Assembly (NCBI GenBank): GCA_001179505.1
Contig: CDMY01000821.1
Coordinates: 186,001 to 250,000 of the forward strand
Direction: 5' to 3'
Source of the DNA: Vitrella brassicaformis CCMP3155
Taxonomy: Eukaryota; Protista; Chromerida
Length of the DNA stretch: 64,000 bases
Part shown: in pieces, positions 13,704 to 25,775 of the stretch
Numbering within the stretch: the first letter of the stretch is position 1
Layout: each line of letters opens with the position of its first letter
The notes under the pieces: model-generated
Database searches by the model: none
What the model was told of the DNA's origin: nothing
Seen by the model: the letters and a program-made list of their open reading frames with translations, nothing else
Program-made: the position numbers and the translations under genes

Positions 13704-16700
13704 ATGAGCTTCTCGCCGGAGGGTCAGTTCCAGCCCGCCATCTACGTGCTGCACGAAAATGCCGACTGGATGGTACGCCGCCACACCCACATCACACACA
13801 CGCTCGAGGGAGACACAGAGGGAGGGATACACATCAATGGCCGCGTTGATGTGATGTCTCCAACCGACAATGGTGTGTGTGTGTGTGCGTGTGTGTGTGT
13901 GTGGTACGTCGTGCAGGAGCCGTTGCGTGAGGCGTTGTACAAGACGGAGGAGCCTGTGTACGAGTGGGACTTCTCGCCCGAGAAGTCCGACCTGGGACCC
14001 ATCGACCTCACCAAAGAACCGCCTCTAGGTAAGGACGAAGGGACATGATGACAACCAACACAGATGAGATGGCATCACATATATCGGCTAATATTTCCAT
14101 CACTTCACTTGCTCTGCTTGCGTGTTCCCCTCCCTCCCCACTTACACGTCGATGCGTCAGGTGTGTTTTACAACCGGATGTCGGCGTCGTCTCAGTACCG
14201 CGGGCATCGCTATTCGTGTGAGTACACCTCCGCCATCCTCGGATGGCTCACCGCTCACGGCCGGCCCGTCCTCAACGGCCCACAGGCACTCGCCCTCGAG
14301 GTCAGCAAGATGGCTCAGTGGGCCGCCTTCCAGAGCGTCGGCATACCCACACCATACACCATCGCCGCTTTCGGGGAGAACCAAATCCTCGGTAAGTCGA
14401 GTCGACGTGGGATAGTGGGCGTTTGGGTGCGGCGCGGTGCGGGGGATGGGATGTGCGTCACGGTCTGTGTGTGTGCGCGTGTGCCATGTCATGTGCAGAG
14501 GTGGCCAAGAAGCTCGAGAGGCAAGGGCCCTTCATCCTGAAGCCCAACAGATCCGGCAGCGGCATCGGTACCAACTCACTCACCCTCACACGTGTTATGG
14601 ATGGGTCTGGTACAAACGTAGATCACGGATGTGTGTTGTTTGTGCGCATCGCATCAGGTGTGCGTTTGTTCAGCAGTGCCAAGGAGGTGTCTGAGTACTT
14701 GCAGAGCGGCGAGTTCGAGATGAGTGTGGACGGCATCATGCTGCTGCAGCAGTTCATCGAGGCCCAGCACTACTACAGGCTCGAGTTCGTCGGCAAACAG
14801 TTCCTCTACGCACTCAAAGTCCAAACCGGTACGCACGCAAACCTCATACAAGTGGCAGAAACAGAACCACGAACCCCACTCACCTGTTGGGTTGGCTGGC
14901 TGACGCGATGCAGGTCAGCACCCGACGCGCAAGAATTCGTTTGACTTTTGCCCGGCCGCCAAGATCCACCCCGAATCCAACGTGCAGGACCCTGACGAGG
15001 TCGAAGCCGAGGTATATGAGATGAGATGCGCACACCAGACACCATCCACCACACCACACCACACCACACCTCACCTCTCCCTCTGTGTGTGTCTGTCTGT
15101 CTGTCTCTTGGTTGATCAGTCTGAGTTTTCGTCTCAGTTTGTGGTGTGTCCCGAGTTCGACCACCCGATCATCCCCAAGATCCTGGACCTCATGCGGCAG
15201 CGGGACATCGACGTCTGCGCCGTCGAGTTCATCGAGGCGCAGGACGGAACCCCACTCGCATTCGACCTCAACACCAACACCAACTATAACAAGGTGGGTG
15301 CGGATGGATGGATACGTGTCGGGCGGGCAAGGGGGTGACTGTTGGCTGATCTGATCTCTGTGTGTCTGTGATGCTGTGTGCAGGGGGCTGAGGAGCGGGC
15401 GAAGCTGCGTGATGCCGCCACTGGCGCGGGGGCCATCGGTGAGAGAGACAAACGACACACCCGCGATCCACTCACACACATTCCGCTTTGTTTCTGTCTG
15501 TGTTCCCCCAGCATCAAGTCTGCGTTGTGAGCTGTTCACATTGCGCAAGAGGCTGCCGTCCAAGGCGCTGGCGCACCTGAAGAAGCAGCCGGCCATCAAG
15601 GACAGGCGGCTGGCCCACAAGGTAGAGAAGCTCCACAGACGCGAGGCCATGATGCCGTCCCCCTTCCCCGCCATGCGATTCGCCTTCAACCTCCTCGATA
15701 AGTTCCAGGTACACTACACACCCATTTCGTCCACCCACATTCATCCATCCAGCCATCCATCTGTCGCTCACTCGTGCGTTCATTCGCTCGTTCAGACTGA
15801 GTCGTCGGCTGCCAAGTTCATGGCGTTCGCGGACTACTATCAGCCGCAGTTTTTGGTGCGTCCCGACATGCCCGACGTGGAGCTCATCACGGTCACCAAG
15901 AACCAGCGGCTGACGCCTGACGACTACGACAGGAACGTCTTCCACATGGAATTCGACACAAGCAAAACCAAACACGTCAGGCACTACAAGATGGTGAGAA
16001 GGAATGCAATGCCGAGAGAGAGACACACGGACGGGAGGGAGGGAGGGAGGGAGGGAGTGTGATTGATGGGATGGTCACTCGTGTGTTTTGTTGTGTGTCG
16101 ATCAATCAGGGTGATGCGTTGGCTGTGTATCCGCTGAACCGCCGCGAGCTGGTCAGCGAGTTCATTGACTTCTATGACCTAGACCCCAAACAAGTCATCT
16201 CGCTAGACGGTATGTCACTCAACCTTAGTTGAGTGGGCATCCCCTCCCCCCTCCCCTCCCACACCCACACACGGACTCTCCCCCCTCCCCTGTGTGCTGT
16301 GCAGGTGTGTTTGAGTTGGGCGAGGGCGTGACGGCGCTGACGACGGTCGAGCGGCTGCTCACGCAGATCTTGGACGTGTTCGGGCGGCCCACTCGTCGGT
16401 TCTACCAGCTGCTGTACCCGTTTGCCACGGACGTCGAGGAGAAGGTGGCGCTGGCCGAGTACACCCTCGACAGGAAGAAGGACGACTTCCAGAAGCGGGT
16501 CGAGAGGGGCGTCACCTACTTCTCCATACTCAAGGAGTTCCCCAGCGCCAGACCACCACTCAGGGAACTCGCCAAGTGAGTCGGTGGTGGAGGGAGGAAA
16601 GGAGGGAGGGAGCATCCATGTATCTGTTGATGTGTGCATCGGTCGGTGTATTGTGGCGTCTGTCTTGTGTACGTGTGTGACATCTGTAGGATGATTCCGC

Positions 16701-17592
16701 CCATCAAGTCTCGTTTGTACTCGATAGCGTCGTCCAGCCTCATGCACCCCGATAGCGTTCACCTGCTCGTGGTCGAGGAGACATGGGACACTGCCGACAA
16801 CGAGCACAGGTAAATATATATATATGGGCGGCTGGGTGGTCGGGTCGGCAAATGGGATTGATGCACGCGACATGCATTTTGTGGTGTGCTGTGGTGTGGT
16901 GTGTGGTCGATCTGATCTGTCAGGGCTGGTTTGTGCTCGAATTATTTGAGTGAGCTCAAGGTTGGCGACCAGGTGGCAGCATCCCTCACCGACTCCCTCA
17001 TGCACCTCCCCAAGAACCAGGAAGAGCCCATCATCATGGCCGGTACGTACCCTCCCCCTCCCCCTCCCCCTCCCCCCGCCTCCCTCTCTCACACCAGCAC
17101 ATGCACATCACATAGATGAATGACGTCTGTTGCTCCCTTGTGTCTGTCTGTGCAGGTCTGGGCACAGGCATGGCCCCCTTCCGAGCCTTCATTGAGGAGA
17201 AGGCGTACTGGCATCGCAAGGGCGTGAAGGTCGGCCCGGTGGTGCTCTACTTCGGCTCGCGCTACCGGTCCAAGGAGTTCCTCTACGGCGAGGAGCTGGA
17301 GGCCTACGAGAAGGAGGGCCTCGTCACCTCCCTCCGGCTGGCCTTCTCGCGCGACCAGAAGCACAAGGTGTACATCCAGCACCTCATGGCGCAGGACGGA
17401 GAGATGCTCAACGACTACCTCTGCAACAGGAACGGCCACTTCTACCTCTGCGGGCCCACCTGGCCGGCCGAGGACGTCCGCCAGGCCATCGAGGGGGCCT
17501 TCGTGCAGTACGGCGGGATGGGCAGTGAGGGCGCGGGCGACAAGCTCAAAGAGCTCAAGGACCAAGGACACTACATCCTAGAAGTCTACTGA
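13704..17592 (+). CDS. MET10: Fusion: N-terminal RimK/glutathione-synthetase-like ATP-grasp ligase + sulfite reductase alpha (flavoprotein) FAD/NADPH-binding module
   Basis: Hand-spliced GT-AG exons stay in frame. ATP-grasp part: IYVLHENADWM, GVFYNRMSASS, VLNGPQALALEVSK, FILKPNRSGSGIGVRLF, LLQQFIE, RLEFVG, SFDFCPA, AVEFI, FDLNTNTNYN. MET10-like part: LVRPDMP, KNQRLTPDDYDRNVFHMEFD, GDALAVYP, IKSRLYSIASS, GLCSNYL, MAGLGTGMAPFRAF, LYFGSR, LAFSRDQKHKVYIQ, FYLCGP, YILEVY*. Confidence 0.88.
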
Positions 17593-19239
17593 GTAGACCG
17601 GCCTCTCTCTCTCTCTGTGCATGCGTGTGCGTGTTGGTGGGTGCGCTGGTGCGGTCGCATCTTGTGCTTTTTCTCGATGCGCCCCGCATTGCGTTCAATG
17701 CGATGCGGCCTATCGAGACGTGTGTGTGTGTGTGTGTATGTGTGTGTGTGCGGCTTTGGGTGGGCGTGATGGCTGTGGTTGTGCTGTAAATACCGTGGGC
17801 CGATTTTGCTCGGGTGTGCAGAAGAGACTGGATGGTTGTTGCGTAAGATTAGGAGGTGCGAATGTACGTGCGTACGGAATGGATAACGGCGACTGACTGA
17901 TCTGGCTCTCTGGCTTTCACTCACTGCAACTTACTTTTGCTCAAGGGTTCTTTTCCAGGGCCTGGGGTGTTGGGTGGATGGTCGGGCTGTTTTCTTTTGG
18001 TACTTACTGTCTGCTTGTGCGAGATCGGCCTGAGTGAGGCTGGGATGTCCGCCTTCATACGTATGTGCCCAACATCCCTGTCTGCCTTCCTGCCTGTCTG
18101 GCTTGTCTCTCTGCACGTGTGCGTGTGTCTGTTTCAAGCAGGCAGGCTGCCTTCGGCGGTGTCTGCAGATTTTTATCCCGGTTGGCTGTTGAAAGACTGG
18201 ATGGATGGATGGATGGAGGCAGCGAAGATGTGTGTGTGGGCCGCGTGCTTTGTTATTACGTGTCATCGCAGTCCGTCTTCCTACGCTCACGTGCCGCCAG
18301 GGAAAACTGGCGCCGCACGTGCGCGTGGGAGGCTGTGGTGAGATGACACGTCACAACATTGCCGCTGGAGTGAGTGAGACATGTGCAGTGCACACGCCTT
18401 TTGCTGCACGGCGAGGCGGGCAGACAAGCAGTGAGGAAGGAAGGCGACACGCCACACGCGGATGGACCACCAGCTAGAGGGGAGGGGAGTGTGTGAGGTG
18501 AACTGACTGATGACTGGTGCTGTTGTATCACGTGTGGTGAGTGAAATTACCCCTGCTGCCTTCACGTGTAACCCGTGTAGTGTGTCTTGCTGTGACGTCG
18601 TTGCACCCTTCGACGATCCGAAGGGTACGTCGGGGTCGCTGCCTGGCAGCCTTCACGCGTGTACGGGCGGAGGCAGGGGGGTCGATGGTGGGTGAGTCAT
18701 CCCTTGCTGTACGTGCCACATCTGTGTGTATCTATCTACCTATTGAGTGTGTGGTCGTGAACATAAGCTGGTTGACAGACAACGCAATGCAATGCGGCGG
18801 TGGTGCATTTTTGGCTGCATGACCCGTCCGTCTGGCTGTCAGTCTGTTGTGAGTGGATGCCACCGGGGTGCGTGGGTGGGTGTGTGGGCGCGTACACTAC
18901 CATCATCATATGGATGTGAGGGTGGTGCTGGTCGGGTGGACACTGCCTTTTTGCACAAACCGACATGCATACCATGCCATGCTCAGACTCATCACATCAC
19001 ATCCGGTCCCACTAATTGAATGGACGTCCATGTACACACAGGCAGCATTGTCGACACGGCAACCGGCGATACAACAGGCGCCGTGACGTGCGCCATACCC
19101 ACGTGACGGTCCACAGTCTACACCACGCAACGGGGAGGGGAGGAACAGGGGAAAATTCAGTGCAAATGACACAACAAAGAGAATCCTCACGACAGAAGGA
19201 GCTGAACGAGCTTCTGAGCTCGCAGGATTGACCCCTTCC

Positions 19240-19881
19240 TGAGTTTTGCAGTGGAGCGGCTTCTTTCGGCCGTCGTTTAAAGACACCACGAGCAAGAGAG
19301 AGCCGAAGTCGCCGTCAACAGATCAATTCGGCAAGGTTGCCGTCTGCACCGAGGAGCCCCAAGAGCCGGGGAGAAGAGCAAGAACCTTCAAAAGGGCGCA
19401 TCGCTGCGCATCCGCAGGTAAAGGATGACAGCCTGGCCATCACAACTCACGCTCACAAGGCAGGAACAGTGCCAATTGAATAGTGCAAAACGCACCGATG
19501 ATGATATCACAGTTGAAGGATGCATCTTTGATGTGTTCTCAGGTTGCGGCCTGCATGCAGGCGCCACCCGGTCCCCCGGGCATGGCACACGCCGGCATGA
19601 CCCCATCCCTCGCCCCCTCTCCCCCTCCGCCTCCCCGATACCCTCCCCCGCCCCCTCGCTCCCCCTTGCATGAGATGTTTGAGGTGAAGAAGCTCCTCGG
19701 CCGCGGCGCATACGGCGATGTCTTCGAGGCCGTCGACAAGGCCAGTGGGGAGACCAGAGCGGTCAAGACCTTCGCCAAGCGGGTCAACGGCGTGGAAGCC
19801 CACCCATCCACCCACGTGGAAGTGGCGGCCATGAGGCGCGCCCGAGGCCACCCCTATATCGTGGACCTCAAGGGCTTTTGC
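19240..19881 (+). CDS. Ser/Thr protein kinase, tandem copy A (partial, runs into assembly gap)
   Basis: LLGRGAYGDVF...AVKTF...GHPYIVDLKGFC; near-identical to copy B. The start is uncertain. Confidence 0.7.
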
Positions 19882-20181
19882 NNNNNNNNNNNNNNNNNNN
19901 NNNNNNNNNNNNNNNNNNNNNNNNNNNNNNNNNNNNNNNNNNNNNNNNNNNNNNNNNNNNNNNNNNNNNNNNNNNNNNNNNNNNNNNNNNNNNNNNNNNN
20001 NNNNNNNNNNNNNNNNNNNNNNNNNNNNNNNNNNNNNNNNNNNNNNNNNNNNNNNNNNNNNNNNNNNNNNNNNNNNNNNNNNNNNNNNNNNNNNNNNNNN
20101 NNNNNNNNNNNNNNNNNNNNNNNNNNNNNNNNNNNNNNNNNNNNNNNNNNNNNNNNNNNNNNNNNNNNNNNNNNNNNNNNN
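19882..20181. other. Assembly gap (300 N)
   Basis: Run of N. Confidence 1.
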
Positions 20182-20699
20182 ACATGTAGGTATTCGAGGC
20201 AGACGATGATGCATAGGAAGACCAGGGCATTTGGATACGACGGCAGGCATTGGCATCGGTGGAGCCGACGGCAGGCATTGGCATCGGTGGAGCTTTGCAA
20301 AGGGAGACGGCGCCCTGTCATTAGGTGGGGGTCTGTTATGGGGGCGTCTTGCCTCCGAGTCGAAGTGAATGAGAACCTTTGTGTGGTTCAAGCTGTTCCA
20401 GTGACCGTTGTTGTCTTGTGCGGCAACTTGTGGCTCGAGAAAATTGTGGATATATGATCAGTCGCCCGTCAAAATACGCCGGAAGTAGCTCCGTTGACAA
20501 TAGAGACACGTAGCGAAACAGAGACACGTTAAGCGTTCGTGCATCCATAGACAAACACTCATGTGTGAGTAAATAACACGCAATACGACACAGTGAAAAC
20601 CAAGGGGGGGGAGGAAGACACAATGCCAATTCGCGCTGCTGCAGTTCACTCGCCGCGAGCTCCGCCAAAGCTCGCCGCCATCCTCTTCGACCCCTTCCT

Positions 20700-22813
20700 C
20701 AGTTTTGCAATGGAGCGGCTTCTCTTGGCTGTCGTCTGAAGACACCACGAGCAAGAAAGAGCGGAAGTCGCCATCAAAAGATCAATTCGGCAAGGTTGCC
20801 GTCTGCACCGAGAAGCCCCAAGAGCCGGGGAGAAGAGCAAGAACCTTCAAAAGGGCGCATCGCTGCGCATCCGCAGGTAAAGGATGACAGCCTGGCCATC
20901 ACAACTCACGCTCACAAGGCAGGAACAGTGCCAATTGAACAGTGCAGAACGCACCGATGATGATATCACAGTTGAAGGATGCATCTTTGATGTGTTCTCA
21001 GGTTGCGGCCTGCATGCAGGCGCCACCCGGTCCCCCGGGCATGGCACACGCCGGCATGACCCCATCCCTCGCCCCCTCTCCCCCTCCGCCTCCCCGATAC
21101 CCTCCTCCGCCCCCTCCCAGCTCCCCCTTGCATGAGATGTTTGAGGTGAAGAAGCTCCTCGGCCGCGGCGTATACGGCGATGTCTTCGAGGCCGTCGACA
21201 AGGCCAGTGGGGAGACCCAAGCGGTCAAGACCTTCGCCAAGCGGGTCAACGGCGTGGAAGCCCACCCATCCACCCACGTGGAAGTGGCGGCCATGAGGCG
21301 CGCCCGAGGCCACCCCTATATCGTGGACCTCAAGGGCTTTTGCCTGGAGCACGGCCCCTGCCAGTTTGCTTACATGGAGAAGTGCGGCCCCAACCTCCAC
21401 ACCTACCAAGTGAGTCGCTGCCCCCACGGCTTCGGCATCCAGGTGCTCAAGAGAGCAACTTGGCAGTTGGCCCGGGGCATCGCCCACCTACACAAGCTGG
21501 GGGTGTGGCATCGCGATATCAAGCCGGCCAACCTGCTAGTGAGCCCCGACAGGCAGGGAGTCAAGATAGCTGACTTCGGCCTTGCTCTTCTTCGGCCCAG
21601 GAGGCTGGACTGGAGCCTGGCGTCCCTGTACGAGATGGGGACGCCAGGTTTTGTGGCACTCGAGGTGCTCCTGGCCAGGGAGATGGCCAAGTATGGCCTA
21701 GCGGGGACGGGCACGGTGATGGGCATCGAGCCATACAGCCACAAGATCGATGGGTGGGCGCTGGCGGCCAGCCTCTGGCAGCTGGGATTCGGCAGGGCGC
21801 TGATCCCTGTGGCGGCTGGATGGACCGAGGATCAGATCCTCTTCGACTCGGTGCGCATCCAGGGGCTGCCCAAGCCGGGGGACATGGGAGGGGCAATGGG
21901 GCACTTGATAAGCTGCATTCAGAACGACGGCCGCCGCAGCCATCGCCTCCCCACGGGAGACTGGGGCCTGTTCGACCAGTCCAAGGAGGCGATAAAGGAG
22001 AGGCTGATCTCCCGGCTGCAGCAGCAGGGTGTGACCGGGGCGCCGGTGATGGGCGATGCTGTCGTGTTTGGCAACTTCATGGACCTCCTGTCTAGGTATG
22101 TGCACAAAAAGAAGGGAAAAGACTGACTGAGGGGACAACACTCATCTGTCCCGTGTCTCTCTTGCTCTGTTTGCAGTTTGTTGCTGCCGCCCGCTGAAAG
22201 GCCGGAGGTTTCGACCATCCAGCGGTACCCTTTCGTCCTCACCCCGCCCAACCGCACCCCAGCCCCAGCACAACCCACTGCGGCTCCCTCAGACCAGCAG
22301 AAGAAGGCCGCTGCTGCCCTTGACCAGCAGAAGGGGCGGCCTGGGGTGGCCGGCGAGGAGAAGGCGCACGAAGAGACCGCTGAGGATGACACTGGCCAGC
22401 GAGAGGCCGCCGCCAATGGTGATGGCGGTGAGTCTGACGAGAGCGCTGCCAATGGTGATGGCGGTGAGTCTGACGAGAGCGCTGCCAATGGCGATGGCGG
22501 TGAGTCTGACAAGAGCGCTGCCAATGGTGATGCCGATGAGTCTGACGAACAGAGCCCTACCGAGCAGCCGAGCAGCACTGATGGCGGCGACACGTTTCCC
22601 CGAACGAGGAGACCGACGGCCGACGGCGCAGGGGCACCAGAGGCCCACGACGGCGAGACAGGGGAGGGAGACGAGGAAGATGAGTCCCTCCGTCTCCCTT
22701 TCCGGCAGGCGTTTCCCTGGAAGAACTGGCAATCGACGCCCACCCGAGATGTGTCACCGAGACGGGAGAGGGACATGATGGGAGGCCGCTGGGGACGACC
22801 TGGCGATGCGTGA
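20700..22813 (+). CDS. Ser/Thr protein kinase, tandem copy B, with acidic repeat tail
   Basis: GRGVYGDV, AVK, HRDIKPANLL, IADFG, GTPGFVALE and DGWALAAS. After the intron following 22094 it continues LLLPPAERPEVSTIQRYPF. The 5' exon and start are uncertain. Confidence 0.85.
22409..22552 (+). repeat. Coding 36-bp tandem repeat x4 (AANGDGGESDES-like)
   Basis: gccgccaatggtgatggcggtgagtctgacgagagc and three variants in the kinase tail. Confidence 0.9.
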
Positions 22814-23528
22814 ACATCTGACCGTGTGTGTGTGCACGCTGGCTGGCGGTGTCCGCTGATGCGCACTGGCGGCATGCATGTGGTGCGTGTGGTGTGGCGA
22901 TGCGGGGGACGCGAGATATGACCGCCCTTTTTGCCGGATGGACACGAGACGCATGTGAACAATTCAATAAACGTGCACGGCCCAATTGTAGCAGGTTGCA
23001 ATGATGCAGTACGTGCCGAACAAATGAGTGCCGTCCACAAACTCACAAACGCATCAAATTATCATACACACATTGACTTGACGTACAAACAAACGCTAAT
23101 TAGCAGCGGGCTCGGTCAGCCGAAGGAGAGAGATGCCATCAGTACGAGACGGCGACACATGTATTATATAAGGTCAAAACTTCACCAGCAAACGTATGTA
23201 TGTTTGTCCTCCTTGGCTCAGGCTACAGATATAGATGGACGCAGGCAGCTCTCCTGTGGTCAGCCAGGCCCAGACATAAGTGCATGAACCGGTCCCTCCA
23301 TCCCTCCATCCATCTCTTCTTGTCGCCTCCCTCCCCTCAGCCAGCCAGCCAGCCAATTGGACGAGTGAGTGCTCCCCTGTGTGCTGAGCATGACTTCATC
23401 CCGCCTCCGACACTTGCTTGCCGTCCGTCGGCCAATGTCGTCATGCCGGGCGGGCCATCACACTTGGCACGGCAGGGGGCACGCATTCACTCGCGGTACA
23501 TTGACGGACGTACTGAATGATACTGACA

Positions 23529-23543
23529 CATATACACATGCAC

Positions 23544-23594
<51 letters not shown>
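23529..23594. repeat. (TACACA)n microsatellite
   Basis: Directly visible. Confidence 0.9.
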
Positions 23595-23595
<1 letters not shown>

Positions 23596-24335
23596 CGCTC
23601 AGTGTGTGTGGGTCCTCAATTCACCTGTATGTAAGTCTTCCCCGGTCCTCTCTGGCAGTAGGGCACCACGGATGCGCTCCTCAATCGCTCAGGTCGAAGG
23701 CTTCTGCGAGACTCACACCATACGTCTAGCGTATTGGTTGCTGCCCATGTTGGCCGTGCAGTCCAGCAGGTGCTTCCTGGACAGTGTACTCGAAAGACAG
23801 CCGCCTCAACATCAAACGACACACGACGCTGAATGCACAGACAGACAGACAGACAGACGATCAAGATACACAGAAACAAGCGAGTGCAGGGAGTCTGCTC
23901 ACCGCTCTCTGAATCATCGGCTGCATCTCATCGCACACGTACTGTATGTGTGTAGTCGATGATTGCCATGCACTCGGATGGCTTGGTGTGGTACTGCAGC
24001 ATCCTATATATGTGCTGCAGTGGCCAGTGTGCCTAGAGATGTCCTCGCCGTCGACAGCTGTGCAGATGGTCTTAGTTGAGGAGGGTGTCGACCTCCTCCA
24101 TGTATCGACACCATTCTCCGCCAGTGACTGTCTGACGACGTCCGATGGATAAATAGATCAGCGCCTGGAACACACAGGCAGGAAGCGGCAAATGAATCAA
24201 CACAAATGACGCACCGTTTCGGTTCTGGCGAGTCCCTTTCCTCCCTCATCTGCGAGCTTTGTTTTTGACAGGCAAAGATCTTTGGACGGCTGGATCTTTG
24301 ACCCCAACCTCGGCAGCGCTATACAAGTGTCGGCA

Positions 24336-25344
24336 ATGCAGATCCTGCTGGCCTTCGTTGCGCTCTCGAGCCTGATCTGCTTCACTCACTCCTTCCAGCC
24401 CTCTCCTCCCCTCAGCCACCGTGAGCACTCATTGCACGAGGCACCATCATATGGCGCGTGGTGATGTGCACAGCACAGTGGCCCATGGTGCCAAGATCTG
24501 GCTCTGTCTTGGTCTGGTGACTTTCAGTCGCCTTCCGAGCACCTGTATCTGCCGCTGCTCCCTCTCGGCACCATGCACCTCGCAGTCGCCTGTCGTCGTC
24601 CCTTCAGATGCAGGCACCAGCTACAGTGAGGATGGGTGGGATGGCTAGACAATCAACACGGTTGAAATGAATGGAGGTCTCTCTGCACTCACGCACTGCA
24701 CTGTTATGTGTGTGTGAAGTTGATTCAGTACCACGGCGTGAAGCTGCGACTGCCTGTGTTTGGCGACACGAGTGTGGGGGTGGCCTTCACACCGGAGGCC
24801 TGCAAGGAGCTCTCGGCAAAGGTCGATGAGGTTAGGCCGTCTGCCCGGGAGAGGAGAGGCGCACTCATGGCTTCTCGGGCGATGTGTGTGTGTGTGTGTG
24901 TGTGTGCAGGTGCTGCAGACGTTCAGGGTGATTGCTGATCGGAGGGAGGGCAGGGAACGGCCACGGTGAGTGAAGGAGCATGGACGGACGGATGGGTGGG
25001 TGATGGAAGACCAGACCACGCGCACATCACTTTCTAAGTGCGTGTATGTGTGTGTGATTGACTCAGTCGCGAGCCATCGATGGAGTTCCAGACGGAGGTC
25101 GACGGCACGCGCATCAGCTTCGAATGCAACCCTAACATATTTCCGGTACGCACGCCGAGCCGCACGCAAACTCACACATCCATCCATCCATCCACATATG
25201 TATGTGTGTGTGTGTGTGTAGGACTACACGAAGGCCCAGGTGTTTTTCCAGGTCAAGTCGCCGCACGTGGACATCACCGCACAGCTGTCCTTCCAGAGCC
25301 TCATCGAGGCACTCGCACAATACAAAGAGCAATACGGAATGTGA
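24336..25344 (+). CDS. Small predicted plastid-targeted protein resembling a conserved cyanobacterial/algal hypothetical family
   Basis: Six exons splice in frame: signal peptide MQILLAFVALSSLICFTHSF, Ser/Arg/Ala-rich transit peptide (LAFRAPVSAAAPSRHHAPRSRLSSSLQM), and mature part VAFTPEACKELSAKVDEV...MEFQTEVDGTRISFECNPNIFP...LIEALAQY. Stop at 25342-25344. Confidence 0.7.
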
Positions 25345-25775
25345 CGAGTGTTGCACTGCACTGACACGAGGCGAAGAGAGCAGGGAGGGTCTGTCTGTCT
25401 GTCTGGAGGGGCTGCGGCTTAAGAGAGACGGATGGTTTGATCGCTCATTTGTTATTCTGCAATGTGTGTACGCCTACTGGCGTCGCTCGCTTTATGCATC
25501 CTCGCCGTGCTGTGCATGGGTCCATCCATCCATTTTGAGTGAGTGCGAGGGACACACACGTATACAAACGGATTGATTGCCTCATCCATGCGATGGGAGA
25601 AATGGCCATGCGAGTGGCGACTGCGACGTGGAAGCTCCGTCCTTGGCAAAGGAAAGAGATTCGACGTCGTAGTCACCATCGCTAGGTCGGTCATTTCTCC
25701 CATCTGGCAACCGAGGCTGGTTTACCTGTCAATCCCTCATGCACAGGTCGTCAAGTGATTGCCTGCCTCCCTGCC

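Noticed and set aside
17900-19200. Possible small minus-strand exons between the SiR alpha gene and kinase A
   Set aside because: Splice-like sites exist, but I could not build a consistent reading frame or recognise a product.
20230-20295. Short tandem duplicate (gacggcaggcattggcatcggtggagc x2) next to the gap
   Set aside because: Only two units beside an assembly gap, so it is uninformative.
23600-24250. Possible minus-strand gene divergent from the plastid-targeted gene
   Set aside because: There are coding-like patches (YRMLQYHTKPSECMAIIDY) and GT-AG sites, but frames conflict and no family is recognisable.
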